NCBI GenBank assembly: GCA_044225505.1
Contig: JBGAIN010000015.1
Span: 1-64,000 of the forward strand
DNA: 64,000 nucleotides
Reading direction: 5' to 3'
From: Limisphaerales bacterium
GTDB lineage: Bacteria > Verrucomicrobiota > Verrucomicrobiia > Limisphaerales > SIBE01
In this document: piece by piece, positions 39,085 to 48,552 of the stretch
How the letters are laid out: each line of letters opens with the position of its first letter
How positions within the stretch are numbered: the stretch's first letter is position 1
The notes under the pieces: model-generated
Told to the model about the DNA's origin: nothing
What the model saw: only the letters and a program-made list of their open reading frames with translations
The model's database searches: none
Position numbers and translations under genes: made by a program

Positions 39085-40392
39085 ATGAGCCAACCTATTC
39101 GCTTTACTCTGCCCCAGGCTGAAATACCTACCCACTGGTACAATCTGCTTGCAGATTTTTCAGAGCCCCTTCCCCCGCCGTTGCATCCGGGTACGAAACA
39201 ACCGATCGGGCCAGAGGCGTTAACAGCCATCTTTCCAGAGAACCTGATCCAGCAGGAAGTAAGTTCGGAGCGATGGATCGAAATTCCGGAGGCTGTGCGT
39301 GAGATTTACTCGCTGTGGCGTCCAACTCCCTTGCTGAGGGCTGTCCGCTTGGAGAAAGCGCTCCAGACGCCGGCTCACATTTACTACAAATATGAAGGTT
39401 CAAGCCCGGCGGGCAGCCATAAGGTCAATACGTCCGTTCCGCAGGCCTATTTTAATAAAGAGGCAGGTACCAAACGGCTCGCCACGGAGACTGGTGCTGG
39501 TCAATGGGGTTCATCTTTGGCCTTGGCGTGCAGGTTGTTCGGATTGGATTGCACCGTCTACATGGTCAAAGTGAGTTACGGTCAAAAACCCTATCGGCGT
39601 ATGCTAATGCACACTTGGGGTGCAACCGTTTATCCCAGTCCCAGCGATCAGACGGAGTATGGGCGTAAGCTGCTGCACGACGATCCTCATTGCCCTGGCA
39701 GTTTGGGTATGGCCATCAGCGAAGCGATTCAGGACACCGTCACCCATCCGCACACGAAGTATTCACTCGGGAGTGTTTTGAATCATGTTTGCTTGCATCA
39801 GACAGTGATTGGTCAGGAAGCCATCAAGCAGATGGCTTTAGCGGGTGAAGAACCTGATGAGATTTTTGGTTGTGCGGGAGGCGGGAGCAACTTTGCCGGG
39901 TTGGTCTTCCCGTTCCTACAAAGAAAAATCGAAAAGAAGAAAAACTACCGGATTGTCGCGGTCGAACCGTCCGCTTGCCCATCTCTGACTAAAGGGGAAT
40001 TGCGGTATGATTTTGGAGATACTGCGCAACAAACCCCGTTGATGATGATGTATACCCTTGGTCATGACTTCATGCCGCCATCCATTCATGCAGGCGGATT
40101 GCGATACCACGGGATGGCACCGACGGTCAGCCACGCCTTGAAGTTAGGATTGATTGAAGCCCAGACCCAACATCAAACCAAGGTTTTTGAAGGGGGGACA
40201 CTTTTCGCCCGCACGGAAGGCATTGTGCCTGCCCCAGAATCGGCGCACGCAATTCAATCGGTCATCGACTCGGCAATCCGAGCGCGCGAAGAGGGGCGCA
40301 AACGAGTTCTCCTTTTCAATTTGTCCGGCAATGGACTGCTCGATTTAAGCGCTTACGAGACGTATCTCGCTGGCAAACTGCAGGATGTCTAG
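39085..40392 (+). CDS. trpB2: TrpB2 (tryptophan synthase beta chain 2-like PLP enzyme)
   Basis: [71 protein letters not shown]; no trpA adjacent. Confidence 0.92.
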   Translation: MSQPIRFTLPQAEIPTHWYNLLADFSEPLPPPLHPGTKQPIGPEALTAIFPENLIQQEVSSERWIEIPEAVREIYSLWRPTPLLRAVRLEKALQTPAHIYYKYEGSSPAGSHKVNTSVPQAYFNKEAGTKRLATETGAGQWGSSLALACRLFGLDCTVYMVKVSYGQKPYRRMLMHTWGATVYPSPSDQTEYGRKLLHDDPHCPGSLGMAISEAIQDTVTHPHTKYSLGSVLNHVCLHQTVIGQEAIKQMALAGEEPDEIFGCAGGGSNFAGLVFPFLQRKIEKKKNYRIVAVEPSACPSLTKGELRYDFGDTAQQTPLMMMYTLGHDFMPPSIHAGGLRYHGMAPTVSHALKLGLIEAQTQHQTKVFEGGTLFARTEGIVPAPESAHAIQSVIDSAIRAREEGRKRVLLFNLSGNGLLDLSAYETYLAGKLQDV

Positions 40393-40421
40393 ATTTCCGA
40401 AATCACACTTCTCAAGTCCTC

Positions 40422-41321
40422 ATGAAGAACTCGAACTGTTTCCTTGGAATATCGCTCAGTGTTTTTCTTGCCGGTCTGATAGAGCAGAGCCAAGCCGCAA
40501 CCTTCTCCGGGCATTACCCCTCCGGCGCCGAAGGAATCAAGGGTGCTAGCTTGCCTCCTCCGGGGTTCTACCTCCGAGACTACAATCTGTTTTACTATGC
40601 AGACCGATTTCCAGGCGGGCCACCCAATTTCAAAGCGATCGCCTATATTAATGCTCCGCGGGCGATCTACATGACGGACTTCAAAATTCTAGGTGCGACG
40701 TATGGCCTGGATTTGCTAGTGCCGTTTTACTACGGGGATGTTCAGTTTCAAACGCCTGGCGGAAAGTTCAAGGATAGCACGTTCGCGATGGGTGACCTGC
40801 AGTTTGAGCCTCTCTTGCTGGCGTGGCATTTCAAGCAGGTCGATATCGGAGCTGGATACGCCTTTTGGGCACCTAGCGGCGATTATAATCGCTCCGGTGC
40901 TCGGCCCTCTCGCCTGCTCGCCAAGGGTTTTTGGTCGCACATGATTACCGCAGGCGCAACCTGGTTTCCCGATTCGGAAAAGAGTTGGTCCATTTCAGCG
41001 CTAAACCGCTACGAGATTCACATGGAGAATGAAGATCAGGACTTTACGGCAGGCGACACGGATACTCTGGAGTTTGGCTTAAGTAAGTCCGTCACCAAGT
41101 TCATCGATATCGGCGTTTCTGGTTATTACCAAAAGCAAACGACAGGATATAGCCCGTCAGGAGCAGGTCCGTTGGATCGCGTCATGGGGTTGGGACCGGA
41201 AATCAGCGCTTTCTGCCCAAAACTTGGGTTGTTCACGTCGTTGCGGTATATTCGTGAATTCGATGCTAAAGACCGCCCCGAAGGTAACACGTTTACTTTG
41301 ACGCTGACCAAGCGGTGGTGA
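40422..41321 (+). CDS. SphA/Phenol_MetA_deg-family outer-membrane channel
   Basis: Signal peptide, HYPSGAEG…ASLPPPGFY, GDLQFEPLLLAWH, APSGDYN, C-terminal strand TFTLTLTKRW. Confidence 0.82.
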   Translation: MKNSNCFLGISLSVFLAGLIEQSQAATFSGHYPSGAEGIKGASLPPPGFYLRDYNLFYYADRFPGGPPNFKAIAYINAPRAIYMTDFKILGATYGLDLLVPFYYGDVQFQTPGGKFKDSTFAMGDLQFEPLLLAWHFKQVDIGAGYAFWAPSGDYNRSGARPSRLLAKGFWSHMITAGATWFPDSEKSWSISALNRYEIHMENEDQDFTAGDTDTLEFGLSKSVTKFIDIGVSGYYQKQTTGYSPSGAGPLDRVMGLGPEISAFCPKLGLFTSLRYIREFDAKDRPEGNTFTLTLTKRW

Positions 41322-41338
41322 GTCAGAGCGAGGCGAGG

Positions 41339-41408
41339 TTCGGCCAAAAGGCCGAAGATCGATTTGTGCCCACAGGAAAGCGCCGGGTGATTGAGCCTGG
41401 CGCTTTTC
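41339..41408. terminator. Two hairpins between convergent genes (probable bidirectional terminator)
   Basis: TTCGGCC-aaaa-GGCCGAA (41339-41356) and AAAGCGCCGGG-N8-CCTGGCGCTTT (41377-41406), the latter with A and T runs at its base. Confidence 0.6.
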
Positions 41409-41441
41409 ATTTCGACCCGGTCCAAAGAACCTCGTTGGAGA

Positions 41442-42995
41442 TCACCGAGTCTCGGCCGATACTCGGACCAGCACTACCCCGTGTCTTGGAACCTGTGCCG
41501 TGAACTGATGCCTAAACTCGCCCAAATACTTCTGGCGCCAAAGATCGCGGACATGTTGAGTGCCTGCCAAACCTAAGTCTTCCCAGCGTGCGGCAATAAC
41601 TGGTTCACCCGCGCCACGGTTGAATAGTCCAACCGCCTTGGCGCCATCTTCCAGGTCGCGAACCCATACTTCCAGATCTCCATTCTTAGAGACGCGGTGT
41701 CCGGGTTTACCAAGCGCGTCCTGGTCGACGTCGATGACTTCATCGTTGGTCAGGAGGCTCAGAGTAAACTCGTCCATCCGCGATATATCGCCACTGAAAA
41801 TTAGGGGTGCAGCCAAGAGCGCCCACAGTGATACGTGAGTGTACTGCTCGTTCGGTGTCAGTGGCGTCGGAACCGTTTGGCCTTTCCAATTGCTGAGATA
41901 ACCCAAGAGCAGGTAGTCCGGATCATTCCAGGCTCCTGGACCCCCAAAGCGATGGAGCTCGTTTTGTGCGTAAACGTCGAAGCCATCGCGAAATAGGGCC
42001 GCGGCGATTCCTTCGAACGACCCTCCAAGATCACCAGCTGTGCGCCAACTATGCCCACCCACGCTCTTTCCCCAGGACCAGACATTGCCCATGCCATATT
42101 GGCAAAGGTTCAGGATCAGGTCGCGAGGTTGCTGTGCTAGTATGTCGCCGATTTGGCGATACGGTTTCTGCAATTCTTCCACGCTATTCCGTTTCGCGAT
42201 ATCGCCATAAGAGCACCAATCATATTTAAGGAAATCAAATCCCCATTCCACGAACCGTTCGACGTCCTGGCGTTCATGCTGATACGCTCCGGCATGGCCG
42301 GCGCAAGTTGTCGGCCCTGGCGAGGTGTAGATGCCCGCTTTTAATCCTTTGCTATGGATATAGTCGGTCAGTGCTTTCATGTCGGGAAACCTCTTGTTGG
42401 CGTTGACTTTGCCAAAAGCGTCACGAGGTTCGCCACCCAGGGACGGGTCTGTGGATCCTGGTTTCACGGCCCAACAATCGTCGATGTTCACGTAGCTATA
42501 ACCGTGATTGATCATGCTGCTGGTCACCATGGCATCGGCGGCGTCCCGTACGATCTGATCTGTCACGTGATTTTCCCATACGTACCAGCTATTCCAGCCC
42601 ATATGGGGGGTGAGAGCGAGTTGATCGCCACAGACGAATTTCAACCGAGACGTAGTACTGCCCAAAGCGTTCGCTGCTCTTAGCGTCACAACGTAGTCGC
42701 CACGTTCTCGGAGCGTCCCGGTGATCAGGCCACTCCGCGAATCAAGGCTTAGGCCGGTGGGCAATCCGTCAGCGCTGAACTCCATCGGACGATCTCCAGT
42801 GGCCGCGACCGTGAACAGCAGTGGAGATCCGGGGCGAACACCAAAGACTCTTGCTCCATTAATCCGTGGAGTCCTCAATGGCTTTGGCGTCAAGATTAAG
42901 GCCGTTTCTTTGGCAGGTGAAGGAGACTCTCCGGCGGGCGTAGAGTTGGCAGAGCCGAGGGTCGCGACGACGAGGCAAATCAGGAGTGTTCTCAT
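41442..42995 (-). CDS. Secreted GH27 alpha-galactosidase-like protein with He_PIG Ig domain
   Basis: Signal peptide MRTLLICLVVATLG, ADGLPTGLSLD…GLITG, TPHMGWNSW, NIDDCW, GLKAGIY, DFLKYDWC, SWRTAGD, WNDPDYL. Confidence 0.93.
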   Translation of the reverse strand: MRTLLICLVVATLGSANSTPAGESPSPAKETALILTPKPLRTPRINGARVFGVRPGSPLLFTVAATGDRPMEFSADGLPTGLSLDSRSGLITGTLRERGDYVVTLRAANALGSTTSRLKFVCGDQLALTPHMGWNSWYVWENHVTDQIVRDAADAMVTSSMINHGYSYVNIDDCWAVKPGSTDPSLGGEPRDAFGKVNANKRFPDMKALTDYIHSKGLKAGIYTSPGPTTCAGHAGAYQHERQDVERFVEWGFDFLKYDWCSYGDIAKRNSVEELQKPYRQIGDILAQQPRDLILNLCQYGMGNVWSWGKSVGGHSWRTAGDLGGSFEGIAAALFRDGFDVYAQNELHRFGGPGAWNDPDYLLLGYLSNWKGQTVPTPLTPNEQYTHVSLWALLAAPLIFSGDISRMDEFTLSLLTNDEVIDVDQDALGKPGHRVSKNGDLEVWVRDLEDGAKAVGLFNRGAGEPVIAARWEDLGLAGTQHVRDLWRQKYLGEFRHQFTAQVPRHGVVLVRVSAETR

Positions 42996-43132
42996 AAAGT
43001 CTCGATCGAACGACTTTATAGTTACGCAGCCTGCGTGATGGTTCTCCTTGACCACGGTCAATGGTCCTAGAGTCGTGAGGGTGACCTGTGGGTGTCACCC
43101 TGCTCAAGAGGTCTTAGTGCTAGAGCTTTGGC

Positions 43133-43261
43133 CTAGCCAAGGCCTTTGACATTCCACCGCGTCATTACTTTAAAAATGAAATATGCGGAGCTCGCGATAA
43201 GGCCAAAGAAAAAGAGGATCAGCACGGCGTTGACGATCCGGTCTTTGACGCTGGCGCGCAT
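43133..43261 (-). CDS. Putative 42-aa single-pass membrane protein (not in the ORF track)
   Basis: Manual translation gives MRASVKDRIVNAVLILFFFGLIASSAYFIFKVMTRWNVKGLG*, a ~22-aa hydrophobic segment flanked by basic residues. Confidence 0.5.
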   Translation of the reverse strand: MRASVKDRIVNAVLILFFFGLIASSAYFIFKVMTRWNVKGLG

Positions 43262-43529
43262 TGCAACTCTTGTTAGACGGAGTCACGCTACCAGTTTGCA
43301 GAGGAATGCCAAGAATTCGCTTGAGCGAACATTTGTCGAGTAAGACATAAAGCCTTTAGTCCGCTGGGGGCTATTCTTGCTAATCTTGGCGCTCAAAGCT
43401 ACCATGACTTGTCGGCAATTCGAACCGGTTGAAAGACGCGCTTTGACTACGATGACACCTCGGAGGGTTTCAAAGAGCGGTGTCTCACTGCGGTGGAGTG
43501 GCATTTCAAAAGTCGGCGGACAAAATCCT

Positions 43530-43802
43530 ATGAGCCAAGCAATCATGGATCCGGAGAGTGTGCGGCGTTTCGCAGAGGAGCTGCAGCGATTCAATCGCGA
43601 CGTCGAGGCGAGAATGGCGATCCTACAGGCGCGGTTTGCGGCGCTGGGCGACACCTGGCAAGACCAGGAGCACATCAAATTCTCGGAGGAGTTCAAGCAG
43701 ACGATGAAAGCCCTGAAGAAATTCGTCGAAATCTCTGGTCAACAGACGCCTTACCTCCTGAGAAAGGCGCAGCGGATTGAAGAGTATTTGCATCAACGCT
43801 AG
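43530..43802 (+). CDS. WXG100-family (type VII secretion substrate-like) protein, 90 aa
   Basis: MSQAIMDPESVRRFAEEL…LGDTWQDQEHIKF…RKAQRIEEYL: ~90-aa helix-turn-helix with a central W-x-D turn, upstream of an FtsK-like ATPase. Confidence 0.85.
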   Translation: MSQAIMDPESVRRFAEELQRFNRDVEARMAILQARFAALGDTWQDQEHIKFSEEFKQTMKALKKFVEISGQQTPYLLRKAQRIEEYLHQR

Positions 43803-43805
43803 CCA

Positions 43806-44402
43806 ATGTCCGAAGGTGCCCAAGTCAACTCCGTTGAAGCGATCGGCCAGTTTCGAGCATCGCTTGTCGTTTTTGTTTCGAAAGCCCGGGCCGCTTTGGA
43901 GGAGGCTTTGGACGAACCCCGACGATTGCAGACCTGGCTTGAGAACGATTGCCGGAGTTACTGGCAAAGGGAATTACGACGACGGCAACGCCTACTCGAT
44001 GAGACGCAACAGGAACTTTTTCGAAGCAAGCTCTCAACCCTTGGCGCCCAGACGTCGAATCAAGTCTTGGCCGTCGAACGTGCTAAGATGGCCGTCCGGA
44101 AAGCCGAGCAAAAGAACGAGGCAGTGAAACGGTGGACGCGCGAGTTCGAGAACCGGGCGGCTCCGTTAACGAAGCGAGTGGAGCAATTGCAGACCTACGC
44201 CGAGACGGACCTCGGCAAGGCGGTTGCCTCTCTAGCCGGTGTCATCCGGGTTTTGGAGAGCTATTTGGCGCGTGATGGCGTAGACCCGATGATAGTGGTC
44301 AGCCCAATCTCCTCACAGAGGCCATCGACCGCAACAAATTCACCGAACTCAGAATCCAATGCTAATTTAGAGTCTTCTGCGACGCCTTCTGATCTAACAT
44401 GA
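43806..44402 (+). CDS. Coiled-coil protein, elongated WXG100/LXG-like, with Ser/Thr-rich tail
   Basis: All-helical heptad pattern; its N-terminus parallels the upstream WXG100 protein and it ends its helical part with LESYLARD; 3-nt gap upstream and ATGA overlap downstream. Confidence 0.7.
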   Translation: MSEGAQVNSVEAIGQFRASLVVFVSKARAALEEALDEPRRLQTWLENDCRSYWQRELRRRQRLLDETQQELFRSKLSTLGAQTSNQVLAVERAKMAVRKAEQKNEAVKRWTREFENRAAPLTKRVEQLQTYAETDLGKAVASLAGVIRVLESYLARDGVDPMIVVSPISSQRPSTATNSPNSESNANLESSATPSDLT

Positions 44403-44620
44403 GCCTCAATGCCACACGGGCCCGATTGGAGCAGCTGGCCAAAGAACTCTTCCGGAATTGGGACGAAACCAAAGCGGTCTGGCGCGACTCGCGTGCGCAG
44501 GAGTTCGAGGAGAAGTTCATTCCTGAGCTCAGCACTCGTCTGCGGCAAGCGGAAGAGGCGATGGAGAAGCTCGATCAATTGATTTCTAAAGTCAGGGAGG
44601 ACTGTGACGAGTCGTATTGA
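44399..44620 (+). CDS. Short WXG100-like protein, 73 aa
   Basis: …WDETKAVWRDSRAQEFEEKFI…: W-x-D turn followed by F, as in the 43530 protein; overlaps both neighbours. Confidence 0.72.
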   Translation: MSLNATRARLEQLAKELFRNWDETKAVWRDSRAQEFEEKFIPELSTRLRQAEEAMEKLDQLISKVREDCDESY

Positions 44621-47600
44621 TGTTGCTTCGACGAGGCGCTTGCTGGAGGAATTGCAGGCGACGGTGCGGGAGTTCATCTCCAAGGAGCGGATCCTAAGGG
44701 ATCAGCATCAATCGCGGCGCACGGCGGTGGAGCGCGACCAACGTCTCGCCCAAGACCGGAGACACGCGCAAGCTGCCGAACAGACTCAGGCACTGCAGGC
44801 GGAGCTTGCCCGACGCCAAGCAGCGCTACAGGAAACGATGCGACTTCGGCTAGAACGTGTTGAAAAGGCGGCCAAAGCCAGTCGAAAGCGCTTGCTCGAG
44901 ACCATCGAACAGAAAGAAGGCCGCCTCAAGTATGCCATTCAGAAACGGTCGCTGGAGTCGGAACGACAGTGGGAAAAAGCGTTGTCGGACGCAGCTCAAA
45001 AGCTCGAGCAACTGCAGACCCAGGTCAAGACCTCGCAGGAGGAATATTCTAGGCTGACTGCGGCGGCGCGACGCGCACTCTCGGGTGTTCCCGAGTTTCG
45101 TGCTTGGCTAGGGGCTGGCCCTGCGTGGCCGGAATTTCCTGCTCCCTCGGACGAGTATCAGATCCTCGATGAGCTTGATCAAGCACGGGTCCGTGCCGAT
45201 CAGACGCTTGTTCCTTTGATGCGAAACCCATGGCTCCGTTTGTTTCGCGTGTTGCCTTTGTGGATTTGGATTGTCCTGGGAATTGTGGGATATGTTGTGG
45301 CGGTTTTCGGAATGCCGCATTTGACCCTGAAATTTGTCACGGCTGGCCAGGCGGCTGCGTGGGTGACAGGAGCGGTAAGTTTCGTCATCGGGCTCTATTA
45401 CCTGGGAAAACGCATGACTCGACCAGCGGCGTTGGAGATTGCAGGCACGGTCGCAAAGGCTCTCCAATGGCACGAGCTGGCCCTCAGACTGGCAGAACAG
45501 CGGCGCCAAAATACTGAGGCGCGCCTTCGAGAGGAATCCGAGAGCGACAAGCGCGCTCGACCAGTGGCAGCAAATTCCTCGACGAGGTTCAGCGGGATCG
45601 TACGAGACCAGGAGCGCTTGAGGCGAAACGAACTCGGATTCGTGAGAAGCTGGCGGCACTCCAAACGAAACGATCGAGCGAGTTGGACGCCTGGGCGACC
45701 GGGGAGACTCATAGGTTGCAGGAGCAAAGCGTCATTCAAGAAAAGGACTTAGCGACTTCGTGGCGAGGATCGTTGGCGGGCGTCGACCAAACATTTCAAG
45801 CAGAATTGACCGGCCTGAAGGCGGATTGGGAGGTGTCGCTGAACTCTCTTCGCGCGCAAGTCACGGCCGCGCGCGACTTCGCCGAACCTTTGAGCGCGGC
45901 CTGGACACAAGCGTACGTGCGTAATTGGACCCCGCCGAGCGAATTTGAGCATGCTGTCCCCTTTGGGACGGTAGTTGTCAATTTGCCGGCCCTGGCCGGC
46001 ATCTCGCTCCAGGAGTCAGCCTTGACCGTTCCTGGTGGGCCGGACTGGACTATGCCTTTGATCCTGACTTACCCTGATTCTGGCTCATTGCTCATCGAAA
46101 CTGGAGAATTCGGTGGCCGTGAAGCGGTCTCGGCGCTGAATGCCATTACTTTTCGAATGCTTGGTCTTTTTCCTTCCGGCAAGTTGGGATTGACCTTGGT
46201 CGACCCGACTGGGCTAGGACAGAACTTCGCCGGCCTTATGCATTTGGCTGACTATGAAGAAGGTCAGCTCCACAACCGTATTTTGACGCAACCGGCGCAG
46301 ATTGAAGAGAGGCTCGGAGAGTTGACCGAGCACATGGAAAAAGTGATCCAGATGTATTTGCGCAACGAGTATGCGACGATTGCAGACTATAACGCGCAAG
46401 CTGGGACAGTGGCCGAAAAATATCATCTCGTCGTCATTGCCGGGTTTCCGACACATTTTAGCGAAACGTCCGTGCGCCGCTTGCTGAACATCGCTTCGTC
46501 CGGGGCTCGGTGTGGTGTTTTCACCCTGATTCAGTGGGATCTTCGTGCCGAACTCCCTCATGGGTCGCTTCTCAGCGAGTTGCGTCAAAACAGTGTTCGG
46601 CTCGCGGCGAGGGCACGCGGATTAACGTTGGCGGATCTTCCATTTCCAGGAATTGAATTGCAGGTAGCTCAGCCTCCGCCCCCTGAGATCGCCATTGATT
46701 TCCTGCGGAGAGTTGGTGCGAATCTGAAGAGCGCCGCCCGTGTGGAGCTGCCATTCTCGAACATTAGCCCCTCACAGACGGAGCGGTGGACGTTAGATGC
46801 GGCGGAAGAACTACGGGTCCCAATTGGGCGTACTGGGGCGACGAAGCGACAGTACTTGGTGCTTGGCAAAGGGACGCGTCAACACGTTTTGATTGCCGGC
46901 AAGACAGGCTCTGGCAAGTCCACATTGTTTCACGTGTTAATTACAAACCTAGCGCTCTGGTATGCGCCCGACCAAGTCGAGTTTTACCTGGTTGACTTCA
47001 AGAAGGGCGTTGAGTTCAAAGCGTATGCCAACCGCAAATTGCCGCATGCCCGAGTTGTGGCAATCGAAAGTGATCGGGAATTTGCTTTAAGTGTTCTCCA
47101 ACGCGTGGATGACGAATTACGGCTTCGGGGTGACATGTTTCGCAAACTCCAGGTCCAGGACTTGGAGGGCTACCGACGATCGAGTTCACGTCAGGACCTC
47201 CCGCGGCTCCTCTTAATGATCGACGAGTTCCAAGAGTTTTTCACCGAAGAAGATCGCATTTCCCAAACGGCTGCCGTGCTTTTGGATCGGATTGTTCGCC
47301 AGGGGCGTGCGTTCGGCGTTCATGTTTTGCTGGGGTCGCAGACATTGGGCGGCGCCTATTCGCTAGCACGGGCGACGATGGGACAAATGGTGGTCCGCAT
47401 TGCTCTGCAGTGTAATGAAGCGGATGCCTACCTGATTATGGACGAAGGAAATGCGGCGCCACGACTTCTCTCACGTCCTGGGGAGGGGATCTACAACGAT
47501 ATGGCAGGCGCCGTGGAAGGTAACAGTCCATTTCAAACGGCGTGGTTGTCCGATGAAGCCCGGGACGGTTACCTCGCGGAATTGCGAGGCCTGGCCGAGG

Positions 47601-48484
47601 AGCGATTGACCAGCGTGCCGCAGCCCTTTGTCTTTGAAGGGAACGCGCCGGCTGTGCTCACAGAGAATAGAGAACTCATGGAAAGGGCAGGTCGCCTACC
47701 AATGGCCGCACCACCCTTTGCGCGAATTTGGCTGGGAGCTCCAAATTCGATCAAAGGCCCAACGGAAGTGCAATTCCCTCGACAGAGCGGCAGTCATTTG
47801 CTGGTGGTCGGTCAGTCCGAGGATGCGGCATTCGGAATACCGGCACTGGCGCTGCTGAGCTTGTCGGCACAATACCCTGCGGCGGCGCTCGAGCTCATCC
47901 TTGTTGAGAGCACCGCTCCTGGGTCGATGATGCGCGGGTTTCTCGATCGAGTGACGGGACTGCTGGTGCATCCCGTCCTTCGACCGAAGCGCACCGAGTT
48001 ACCCGTAATCTTAAATCGATTGGTCGATGAACTGTCCCGGAGAACGGGCGACGAAAACCCAGAAGCCGTTCGTTCCACTTTTCTTATTATCACTAACCTG
48101 CAAGAGCTAAAGACGCTCCGTCCTGAGGATGAGTTTGGCTACGTTAGTGCCGACCCTGGGGCAGCCCTGAGCCCAGCTGCGGCGCTGATGCGGTTGATCG
48201 CGGAAGGACCCGGGAAAGGTATCCATGTGATTGCTAGTATCGACACTTACAATGATGTCAGTCGGTTTTTAGGGCGAAAGGGCCTTAGTGAATTTCAAAA
48301 TCGCGTTCTGTTTCAGATGAGCGCGAGCGACTCTGCCAGCCTAATCGATACCCCGGAGGCGGGCAGACTCGGCCTGCATCGGGCGCTGCTCTACCAGGAG
48401 CGGGAAGGCTACCTGGAAAAGTTTCGCCCTTACACGCTGCACGGAGATTGGGCAAGCCAATGGACCGGCGGTAGAGGCTCGTGA
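44604..48484 (+). CDS. Membrane-anchored FtsK/SpoIIIE (EccC/EssC-like) ATPase, ~1290 aa if joined; appears as ORFs 44604-45752 and 45683-48484 because of indels near 45550-45575
   Basis: The N-terminal ORF has a coiled coil and two TM helices. The C-terminal ORF has HVLIAGKTGSGKS (Walker A), FYLVDFKKGVEF, LLMIDEFQ (Walker B) and RQGRAFGVHVLLGSQ. The downstream frame is open and helical from about 45572 (KFLDEVQRD…). Confidence 0.85.
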
Positions 48485-48552
48485 TCCGAGCACCGGCTGT
48501 GTTCCGGGGCGCTTCAAAGCTTCGTCCTTGCTGGGCGGCGTTTGGATCCGCC

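Noticed and set aside
43377..43529. 51-codon N-terminal extension of the WXG100 ORF in the track
   Set aside because: The WXG100 pattern and typical size start at ATG 43530 (MSQAIMDP), which has a start context like other genes here.
44604..48484. Interpretation as the chromosome-segregation FtsK or as an ICE/plasmid transfer gene
   Set aside because: No C-terminal gamma domain is evident, no relaxase, integrase or T4SS genes are nearby, and WXG100-like genes are directly upstream.
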